Origin: Candidatus Woesearchaeota archaeon
GTDB taxonomy: Archaea; Nanobdellota; Nanobdellia; Woesearchaeales; ARS49
Assembly (NCBI GenBank): GCA_016203305.1
Contig: JACQMY010000027.1
Coordinates: 1 to 60,302 of the forward strand
DNA length: 60,302 nucleotides
Reading direction: 5' to 3'
Shown here: positions 32,106 through 40,400 of the stretch, piece after piece
How positions within the stretch are numbered: position 1 is the first letter of the stretch
Layout of the letters: every line of letters begins with the position of its first letter
Position numbers and translations under genes: made by a program
Notes under the pieces: model-generated
Seen by the model: only the letters and a program-made list of their open reading frames with translations
Told to the model about the DNA's origin: nothing
Databases searched by the model: none

Positions 32106-32248
32106 TCTTCCGCCTTCGTCCTACTGCACGAGTTTGTAGCTTGTAGTCGGTAGTGCGTAGTACTACAAACTACTTACTACAACCTACTCCCTACGTCCTT
32201 CTACCGTCATCCTAATTCCTAAAACCTAATACCTACAACCTATATCCT
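32104..32248 (+). repeat. composite heptad array with inverted arm
   Basis: Contains the 60-nt block 32113-32172, which recurs at 32838-32904. Confidence 0.85.
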
Positions 32249-32279
32249 CGTAAGTCTTTTAAATACCTATCTGAATGGT

Positions 32280-32828
32280 ATGGCTATGATTGATGTTGTT
32301 TTCCCTGATGGTAATGAGTCTGAGTTTTTGGCTATGGCAAAGCGTTTAGGTATTGATGGCTTGTTGTTTGTGTATAGGAAGAGGACTTCTGCTGCTGGCA
32401 GGGTTGGCTTGTTGGTTGATGCTTCTGGTGTTTCTCGTGCTCGTGATGCTGGTTTTTTGACTGTTTGTCTTGCTTCTCGGGAGGCTGTTGAGCGTGGTGC
32501 TGATTTGGTTTTTGGTTTTGAGCTGGTGGAGGGTCGTGACCCGACTCATTTTCGTCGTTCTGAGCTTAATCAGGTGGTTTGTCGTCTTGCTTCTGATAAG
32601 GGTGTGCAGATTGGTTTTTCTTTTGCGTCAGTTCTTGCGTCATCTGGTATGCAGCGTGCTGTTTTGCTTGGTCGGTTGATGCAGAATGTTCGTTTGTGTG
32701 AGAAGTATGGTGTTCGTGTTCGTTTGGCGAGTTTTGCGAGTTCTCCTTGGCAGATGCGTGCTCCGGCAGAAATGGTTTCCTTATTTTCAGAGTTGGGTGT
32801 GCGTAATGCGAGAAAGTATTTGGGATAA
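32280..32828 (+). CDS. rnp3: RNase P protein component 3 (Rpp30-like), short form
   Basis: PHP/TIM-barrel-like pattern: DLVFGFE...LNQVVCRLASDKGVQIGFSF...KYGVRVRLASFASSPWQMRAP. Only 182 aa. Confidence 0.6.
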   Translation: MAMIDVVFPDGNESEFLAMAKRLGIDGLLFVYRKRTSAAGRVGLLVDASGVSRARDAGFLTVCLASREAVERGADLVFGFELVEGRDPTHFRRSELNQVVCRLASDKGVQIGFSFASVLASSGMQRAVLLGRLMQNVRLCEKYGVRVRLASFASSPWQMRAPAEMVSLFSELGVRNARKYLG

Positions 32829-32925
32829 TTCCTACATCCTTCGTCCTACAGCACGAGTTTGTAGCTTGTAGTAAGTAGTCGGTAGTGCGTAGTACTACAA
32901 ACTATCTTCACCCTTCATCCTAATA
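32829..32925 (+). repeat. composite heptad array with inverted arm
   Basis: The 67-nt block 32838-32904 equals the 32113-32172 block plus one extra heptad (aagtagt). Overlaps the stop of 32920..33360. Confidence 0.85.
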
Positions 32926-33360
32926 TCTCGTTATCTTCTCACATTCTTCTCTTTTTGGTGTGAATGCTTCTGCGTTTAGTGTTACTAGGTTTTTGCACCA
33001 TTGTGCGCTGTTTCCTAGCTCGTTGCACATTTCTGGGTTTTGTGTTGCCCATGCTTTGCATAGGCTTTCTGCGCATTGTTCTGGTTTTTTGCTGGCTATG
33101 GCTTGGCAATCTAGGTCGTTTTGTTGGCAGTTTGTTGGTTCATTTGACAGGTATGCTTTGCATCGTGATGCGTGTGGTTGTGTTAGTTCTGCGCAAAGGC
33201 TTGGATTGTTTGTTTTGAGTGCGGTGAGTAGTTTTTGCGTGTCTGTTTGTTTTGTCACGCATGATTTTATGATGCGTTCGTTTTGGTATTTATTCATGCC
33301 TTGATATAGTGCTGCTCCTGCAAGAAGTATGATGAATATGGTGATCGCCGCTTTTTTCAT
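32920..33360 (-). CDS. small secreted Cys-rich protein (unknown)
   Basis: Signal/anchor MKKAAITIFIILLAGAALY and about 10 Cys in a helical-looking repeat pattern. Confidence 0.6.
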   Translation of the reverse strand: MKKAAITIFIILLAGAALYQGMNKYQNERIIKSCVTKQTDTQKLLTALKTNNPSLCAELTQPHASRCKAYLSNEPTNCQQNDLDCQAIASKKPEQCAESLCKAWATQNPEMCNELGNSAQWCKNLVTLNAEAFTPKREECEKITRY

Positions 33361-33431
33361 TAGGCTGTTGTGAAGAGGAAGATATTTAAAGCTTTTTAAG
33401 TTAAGGGGGTCTTGTTAGAGGAAAAAGGGGT

Positions 33432-35096
33432 ATGAGTTGGTTTCGTGGAGTGTTTTCGGTACTGTTTATGGTACTGTGTAGTCTTTTGGTGTCTGCTCAG
33501 TCTGCTACTATTTCTGTTGTTTCTTTGAGGGACCAATCTCAGAGTACGTATCTTTACTTGCATCCCAGCCAGCCTCAGTATTTTTCTTTGGGTTCTGACG
33601 TTGTGGTTACGAAGATTTCAGTTAGGTCTCATTCGTCTTATTATGGTGGTGGTTCGTTGTCTTTGTGTTTGAGTTTTGATAGTGATGCTGCGCAGACTTG
33701 TGTTCCGTTGCAGGGTTCTGATATTAATATTCCGATTGTTCCTAGGAAGGCGAGTACTGCTGTTTTTTCTGTTCGTGGTGACGTGGAGTATGGTGGTTAT
33801 TATTATGTTTACATTAACCAGGTTTCTTGGACTTCTGGTCCTGGTTCCTCTGTGTCGAGAACTTATTCGTCTATTGGCCAGTCTGGTCCTGTTCAGCTTG
33901 GCTCGGCGCGTGATTTTGTTGCTCAGCAGGGTACTGTTACTGTTTCATCTAGTGATTCTAAGGTTGTTGCTTGGTTTCAGGATGCTACTGCTCTGGTTGG
34001 CACGGTAAGTCCTACTTCCAGGACGTCTACAACTCATCCTGATGATAAGGTTCAAGTGTGTTTGAATACTGATGGTAATAAGGATTCGCAGGGCGCTCCT
34101 GTTTGTGACTATGTTGATGCTCAGAATTGTAATTCTCGTAATAGAGATTGGCTTTTGGGTCATTGTTGTGGGGATGCTCCTTATGCTGGTTGTGGTTTTT
34201 ATGGTGATTTGCAGGCTTTGTGTGGGCAGGATGCTTCTGGTCGTTTTAGGTGGGCGCCTCTTTCGAGTGTTGGCGTGATTTTTTCGTTGGATACTTGTCC
34301 GAAGGCTGATGTTGTTTCGAATGGTCAGAAGTTTTTCACTTGTTCTGATGTTCCTGCTGGTATGTCAAATCTTGAGAAGTTTCAGGGCAAGGTCGCGATT
34401 GGTGGCCACGAGTATGCTTGTGAGGGTGCGCGCGTTGCCGAGTGTGGTGGCTCTTCTCCTTTTTCTGCTGGTGCTAAGAAGGTTGGTGCTTCTTTGACTA
34501 TTGGTGGTTTGGTTTACCAGTGTGGTGCTGATGGTACTTGGAAGCAGAGTTTTGATGCTGACAAGGCTTCTTGTGTTGCTGCTGGCTTGAAGTGGACTGG
34601 TTCGAAGTGTTGTGGTGAGCTGGCTGATTCTTTGTCGACTTATGAGGACCAGTATGATCCTGCAAGGGGTGGGGATCCTGGTGGTTGTTTCAAGAGTTCT
34701 TTTGTTGCTTCTGGCAGTTCTGTTGCCGGTAACAAAGATGTTGTTAACTATCGTGGCAAGTTTTATTTGTGCGAGCCTGATCCTTCTAAGCCGTCAACTT
34801 CTGTTCAATTGTTCCAGGGTACTGGTGTTTCTCTTGTGAAGAGTGGTGCTTGTGGTTCTCCGTTGCAGAATGCGTTGCTTTCTGGTAGCTTGCCGCACGT
34901 GGTGTGTGCGCCTGGTGGTTCGTGGCAGTTTGTTTCTCGAACAGAGCTTCATTTTGCTAAATCTATTGCTTGGCAGCCTTTTGGTGTGCTTGAGCGTGAT
35001 GGTTGTTGTCCTGAACAGCAGTGTTGGGATGGTCTGCGTTGTCGCGACAGGAACGAGTATCAGACTGTTGGTTCGAGGGGGTACAAATGTCGATAA
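33432..35096 (+). CDS. secreted Cys-rich protein (unknown), first gene of the 12-kb surface operon
   Basis: Sec-type signal MSWFRGVFSVLFMVLCSLLVSAQS. Cys-rich C-terminal half with CCGD/CCGE motifs. SD aaagggg. Confidence 0.75.
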   Translation: MSWFRGVFSVLFMVLCSLLVSAQSATISVVSLRDQSQSTYLYLHPSQPQYFSLGSDVVVTKISVRSHSSYYGGGSLSLCLSFDSDAAQTCVPLQGSDINIPIVPRKASTAVFSVRGDVEYGGYYYVYINQVSWTSGPGSSVSRTYSSIGQSGPVQLGSARDFVAQQGTVTVSSSDSKVVAWFQDATALVGTVSPTSRTSTTHPDDKVQVCLNTDGNKDSQGAPVCDYVDAQNCNSRNRDWLLGHCCGDAPYAGCGFYGDLQALCGQDASGRFRWAPLSSVGVIFSLDTCPKADVVSNGQKFFTCSDVPAGMSNLEKFQGKVAIGGHEYACEGARVAECGGSSPFSAGAKKVGASLTIGGLVYQCGADGTWKQSFDADKASCVAAGLKWTGSKCCGELADSLSTYEDQYDPARGGDPGGCFKSSFVASGSSVAGNKDVVNYRGKFYLCEPDPSKPSTSVQLFQGTGVSLVKSGACGSPLQNALLSGSLPHVVCAPGGSWQFVSRTELHFAKSIAWQPFGVLERDGCCPEQQCWDGLRCRDRNEYQTVGSRGYKCR

Positions 35097-36220
35097 GAGG
35101 GGTGCTGATAGTTTTGTTGCTTGCTCCTTTGGTTGTTGCTCAGGGCGCTCAGTGGGTTCCTGCTACTATTCGTTCTAATTGGCAGCAGACGAGTACTGGT
35201 TTTTGCAGGGAAGAGAGCCAATGTTTGGTTAGTAATGGTTTTAGTGAGGATTTTGATAATAATCCTGGGAGTTATTGGGATGGTTTGGAGAATCCTTCTA
35301 ATGGGCCTAAGTGTATTAATGATACTCAGTTTATTTTGGATAATTATTGTGACTGGGGTGAGTGGAGTTCTCGTACTCGTTTGGTTGCTACTCAGTTGTT
35401 GGGTGTTGCTTTGTCCTTGAGTCCTGATAATTTTTCTTTGTATTGTGATAAGTATGAGAATGTTTTGAATAGGCATTCTTATTCGAATGATCGTGGTTTT
35501 GTGCGTGACTTTTTCAGAAAGGCTTGTCCGCAGGGGTTTTCGCGTTCTGTTGTTGAGGATTGTGTTAATAGCGTGTGTGTTTTGCGTTATGGTGCTTCTG
35601 TTGCTGTTGGTGCTTCTTTGAATAGGGAGGTTGATGATGGCACTCAGAGCTTTTTGTTTGCTTTGAATGCTAATAGTAATGATTGTCGTTCTGCTATTGA
35701 TTCTGATGTTAAGTTTGATCGTTGTGCTGCTCCTAGTGTTTGGTATAATCATAAGACGAATAGTTTGTTGTACGCTCCTGGCTTGCCTTCTTTGCCTGAT
35801 CCTTCTGCTTTGGCGGGTGATTTTTTTATTCGCCCTTTTTCAGAGAAGCTTTCTCCTTGGGTGTTTTCTTTTGTGCACCGTCCTGCTAAGCAGAGTTTGA
35901 ACTATTCTTTTTTTAGCGCTACTCCTCAATTTACTCATGTTTATCTTGCTAAGAATGATGTTAAGTTTGTTTACGCGTTTAAGCAGTTGAATGTTACTTT
36001 GCGTCAGGTTGATTATGCTGGCTGGTATTTTTCGAATTTTGAGCTTCCTCGTGATGCGTGTGCTCGCATGGTTAAGCGTGTGGATGATACTGCGAGTTGT
36101 GAGTCTCAGCCTTCTCCTACTGAGTTTTATATTGTTGCTCATAAGCTTCCTCCTGTTGGGAGGTTTTTCCAGCCTAGTGTTGTTGATTCTTGGAGTGAGG
36201 TTGTTGGGAGGATTCGATGA
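35087..36220 (+). CDS. secreted Cys-containing protein (unknown)
   Basis: MSIRGVLIVLLLAPLVVAQG signal. The start overlaps the upstream stop by 10 nt. SD gaggggg. Confidence 0.72.
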   Translation: MSIRGVLIVLLLAPLVVAQGAQWVPATIRSNWQQTSTGFCREESQCLVSNGFSEDFDNNPGSYWDGLENPSNGPKCINDTQFILDNYCDWGEWSSRTRLVATQLLGVALSLSPDNFSLYCDKYENVLNRHSYSNDRGFVRDFFRKACPQGFSRSVVEDCVNSVCVLRYGASVAVGASLNREVDDGTQSFLFALNANSNDCRSAIDSDVKFDRCAAPSVWYNHKTNSLLYAPGLPSLPDPSALAGDFFIRPFSEKLSPWVFSFVHRPAKQSLNYSFFSATPQFTHVYLAKNDVKFVYAFKQLNVTLRQVDYAGWYFSNFELPRDACARMVKRVDDTASCESQPSPTEFYIVAHKLPPVGRFFQPSVVDSWSEVVGRIR

Positions 36221-37491
36221 GGGGCCAGGTGACTGTTTTCATTTTGATCGGCATTTTGGTTGTTATAGCGTTCGGCATTACGTTGTACGCTGGCAGTAGT
36301 TTGCAGAAAAAGGAGTTTTCTCAGGGTTCTGAGCAGGCTGGTGTGCAGCAGTTGCAGGATTATGTGCAGACTTGTTTGAATCTTGCTGTTGGTGAGGCTT
36401 TGTCTTTGCTTGGTAAGCAAGGCGGCTTTTTGTATGATAGCCAGGGTGGTCTTTTGCAGCAGGGCAGTGTTGCTTTTGCTAAATTTCCTGGTTCTTCTGG
36501 CGTGTTGGATGTTCCTTACTTGGTGGTGCCGCCTGTTGGTGACCTTGGTGGTGTTTTCGTGAGCAATCCTCCTGGATACCCGTTTGATTCTTTTCCTTTT
36601 AGTCCTGAGGATGGGAGTTTGTTTTTTACTGGTTATTATGGGGTTAGTAAGCTGGCTCCTTTGTATAAGGTGACTGCTTCTGGCGAGCCTGTTGCTGGTT
36701 CTGTTCAGCAGTCGCTTGAAGCCTTTATTGGCAAAAAGACTGCTGTGTGTGCTGATTTCAGGGAGTTTGAGGCTAAGGGTTTTGATGTTGTTTCTGGTTC
36801 TGGTGTGTTGTCTTTGGTGTTTGCTCAGCGTCAGGAGCAGTTTGTTGGTGAGCAGTACGTGACTGTTGAGCTTTTGTGGCCTTTGGAGGTTTCAACTCCT
36901 GGGAAGGAGAAGGTTTTGTTGAAGGATTTTGCTACTAGGGTTAATGTTCGTCTTGCTACTATGTATTATTTTGTTAAGTCTTTGGTTGATGGTGATGTGA
37001 CTGATGTTTCCTTTGCTCCGAGTTCGTCTGGCAACATTAAGGTTGAGCGTCAATCTTTTGGTGAGGATAGTGTGCTTGTTGTTCGTGATGAGCAGAGTTC
37101 TTTGCAGAATCGTCCTTTTGAGTTTGTTGTGTTGCGTAAGAATAGGATTCCTGCGTTGTGGGCTATTGATACTAAGCCGTTGGAGAGGGTTGTGTTTCAC
37201 GTGACTCCTGAGCGTCGTGGTACTAGGGTGGTTGTTGAGGGCAATAAGTTGTTGTTCCGTGATCCTTGTCCTGATGATGGTGTTTCGAATCCTTTTGTGT
37301 TGGAGCTTAATGCTTCTGATCCTGATGAGGATGTGGTGTCTTTTGTTGCTAAGGTTGTTGGTCGTTCTGAGAGCGAGTTGGCTGACGTTGGTACTTTTAA
37401 GGTGCAAGTGTTTGCGAAGGATGATGCGAACTTGCCGCTTGATTCGTTTGATAGCCAGGTGTTTGACGTGAAGGTGGCGTTATGCGAATAG
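36217..37491 (+). CDS. pilin-like protein (class III signal peptide) with large C-terminal domain
   Basis: MRGQ|VTVFILIGILVVIAFGITLY. ATGA overlap. DPDED-containing Ig/cadherin-like segment near the C-terminus. Confidence 0.7.
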   Translation: MRGQVTVFILIGILVVIAFGITLYAGSSLQKKEFSQGSEQAGVQQLQDYVQTCLNLAVGEALSLLGKQGGFLYDSQGGLLQQGSVAFAKFPGSSGVLDVPYLVVPPVGDLGGVFVSNPPGYPFDSFPFSPEDGSLFFTGYYGVSKLAPLYKVTASGEPVAGSVQQSLEAFIGKKTAVCADFREFEAKGFDVVSGSGVLSLVFAQRQEQFVGEQYVTVELLWPLEVSTPGKEKVLLKDFATRVNVRLATMYYFVKSLVDGDVTDVSFAPSSSGNIKVERQSFGEDSVLVVRDEQSSLQNRPFEFVVLRKNRIPALWAIDTKPLERVVFHVTPERRGTRVVVEGNKLLFRDPCPDDGVSNPFVLELNASDPDEDVVSFVAKVVGRSESELADVGTFKVQVFAKDDANLPLDSFDSQVFDVKVALCE

Positions 37492-40400
37492 CAAATCTCA
37501 TTAATTTTGGAAGGAATTTTGTGAGATTTGCTATACTGGCAGAACGCACTATTTTTTCGCCATTAATGCGTTCTGATAGAAGTTCGTTGATACTGATTAC
37601 CTTGGTGTTGGTGTTCGTTCTAGCCATGCCTGTCTTGGCTCAGGAGCGTGGTTGTTGTTGTGATCCTGTTGTGAAGAATGGGAGTATTCAGACACGCGAG
37701 GATTGTGATCGTCAGAAGTTTATTTTTGCTGGCTTCCCGGGCTTTAAGACTTGCAGCGATCATTGTAATGCTACTTTAGGCAAGATTGCTGTTGGTTTTT
37801 GTGGGGATGGTATTTGTCAGGCGAATGAGAATGCTTTGTCGTGTTCTGCTGATTGTGCTCCTTTGCAGGCTGGTTGTGGCAGTCCTACGTTCCGTCCTGC
37901 TCCTCGGGATTTGACGGTTGTTCCTGTGCGTGGTGAGAAGGCTTTTGCGTTGTCTTTTTCCATTCCTTGTCCTGTTGACTTTTTGTCTATTTCGCGTTGT
38001 AAGGGTTTGGGGTGTGGGGACTTTTCAAAGATTGCTGATATTGCTCCTGCAACTTCATTTAATGACGAGGATGAGTCTTTGTTGTTCGCTACTGATTATA
38101 CTTATTCTGTTGTTGCTCATTATCGTCAGGTTGGCGATAGCGAGCCTGGTGTTGCTTCTGGTAATTTGGGTGATTTGGAGTGTTGGAAGCAATTGGAGTC
38201 TTCTTTTTGTATTTCTCCGTTTTTTTATGAGCGTTTCCGGTCTTATCTTTTGTCGAATGGTTATGCGCAGTATGATGCTGCTGACTTTGCTTCTCAGTTT
38301 GATCGTTTTGTTGAGCTCGCTTTTGGTGGTCGTTTTAATCGTGCTTGGCGTTGTAATGGTAATGTTCTTGTTGGTCCTCAGGTTTCTTGTGAGGGTGATC
38401 AGGTTTGTCGTGCTGATGAGCGTGGTGCTAACTGTATGTCTCGTGAGGATTGTGGTGGTGGGGATCCTTTCGGCTTGTATTCTGCTGTTTCTGGGTGCGA
38501 GGGTGTGTTGCCTCGTTATTGCTTTTTTGACAAGAGTGCCACTGTTCAGGATAAGTGTTATGATTGTGATCCTAGGATGTCGTGTTATGATTACAAGTCT
38601 TCTGGTGCTTGTCAGCGGGATAATTGTGGTGTTGGCGAGTGTGAGTGGCGTTCTACTTTTAGTGATGTTGGTGCTGGTGTTTGTATTGATAAGAAGAAGA
38701 GTAATTGTGCGTTTTGTGATAAAAGGGGGACTGATGGTGTTGGTAACATTGATGCGTTTAGTGCGTTGTGGGATTCTTGTCGTGAGGAGAAGAGTTCTGC
38801 TCTTAGCACGAACTTATTCCCTTGCTTTTTTGATAAGGAGTTGAGGATTAGTAAGAGTTGTGATGAGGCTTCTTGTTCTGATTATACTCGTTTGCAGTGT
38901 GGTTCTCCTGGGGCTATTACTTTGAATCCTGATAACTCGCTTGCTACTTTTAGTACTGATCCTTGTGGTATTCGTGTGTGCCAGTTTGATGCTGTTTCTG
39001 GCTGTGCAAAAAAGGCTGATGGTCGTTCTTCTTTTAGGGATTGTAAATTTGGCAACAAGTCGTGCGAGCGTGATTATTTTGCTCCTGTTACTACTTTGAT
39101 TCCTTTTGGTGTTGGTGGCAGGATTGATGGTTTGAACGTTCGTATTTTTGATAAGGTTTCAAAGCTTGTTGCTCCCAGGGATTTTGCTGGCCAGACTGGT
39201 TATAAGACGTTTTTGTGCGTTAAGAGTGCTTCTAATGATTGTCGTGATGCTGCTGCTTTCCCTATTTTGACTACTGCTACTCAGCTTTTGTTGAAGAATC
39301 GGTTTTTGAAGGATGTTAAGGATGGTAAGGCTCGGACTCTTGCGCAATTGGAGGTTGGCAATAATACTATTGCGTTTTATAGTCGTGATCCTGCCAGTAA
39401 CTTGGAGGTTGTTAAGGAGTCTGTTGTTGTTGCCTGTGATGCGTGTCAGGGTCCTACTTTGGTGAATGCTTCTGTTAGTGGTGGCCGCTTTTTGGGTGGA
39501 GAGTTTTTCACTTCTGCTACTATTCCGACTTTTACTTTGGAGTTTGATGAGCCTACTTTGATTACTTATGCCGAGTTGCGTTCTGAGCTTGGTAATGTTC
39601 CTCTTGCTCAGGTTTCGCAGGGTGTTGTTACTTCTCATCAGTTTGTTGCTTCTCAGGCGTTAAGAGGGAATTATTCTTTTGGCGTGAATGGTAAGAACGT
39701 GCAGGGTGTTTTTGTTAACAATACTGGCTTGTCTTATCTTGTGGTTGTTGATCCTTCGTTGGCTGACGTGCGTATTTCTCCTCCTGATGGGAGTATTTTG
39801 AACAAGACGTCTATTGATATTGTTTTGGAATTTTCTCGTCCGGTTACTTTGTCTAGGATTCAGATTGTTTTGGAGAGTTTTTCTGATCCGTTTGTTAAGC
39901 GTCAGATTTCAAGGGATATTACTGACTTGTTTAAGGTCGATAATAATAACAGGACTTTTACTGCTTCTGTTACTAATTTGACTGGTGGTGGTATGCATAC
40001 GATTGTTGTTGACGCTCTTGGTTTCAATGGTTTGCCGATTTTTAAGCAGAGTAGCGTGTTTATTGCTACTTTAAAGCCTAATTTGCGTCTTTCTCAGCCT
40101 GCGTTTGGTGTTACGCCGTATGTTTCGTTTGATGCTGTTGTGGAGAGTCCTTTGCCTAGCGTGTGTGCTTATGTGTTTAACACTCCTACTGCTCCTAGTT
40201 CTCAGGATTTTGATTTTTTCAAAAAGTTTTCTGGGGAGATGTACTTGCATAGTGCTTCTGGTTTGCAGATTGGTGATCCTGCTCAAGAGGTATTCTTGTT
40301 GCATGCGTATTGTCGTTTGAACTTGTTCGGTTTGGTCAATCGTACTTTTCCTATTTCGTTTGATCCTGAGCCTCCTTTTATTGTGAAGTCTTGGGCAGAG

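Noticed and set aside
37918-38844. Same-strand alternative-frame ORFs rich in L/V/C/R/F. Examples are 37918..38844 (308 aa), 16299..16655, 33676..34008, 43263..43607 and 56149..56502.
   Set aside because: They are embedded in longer ORFs with better protein-like composition and are a by-product of T/G-rich codons. No independent start signals are present.
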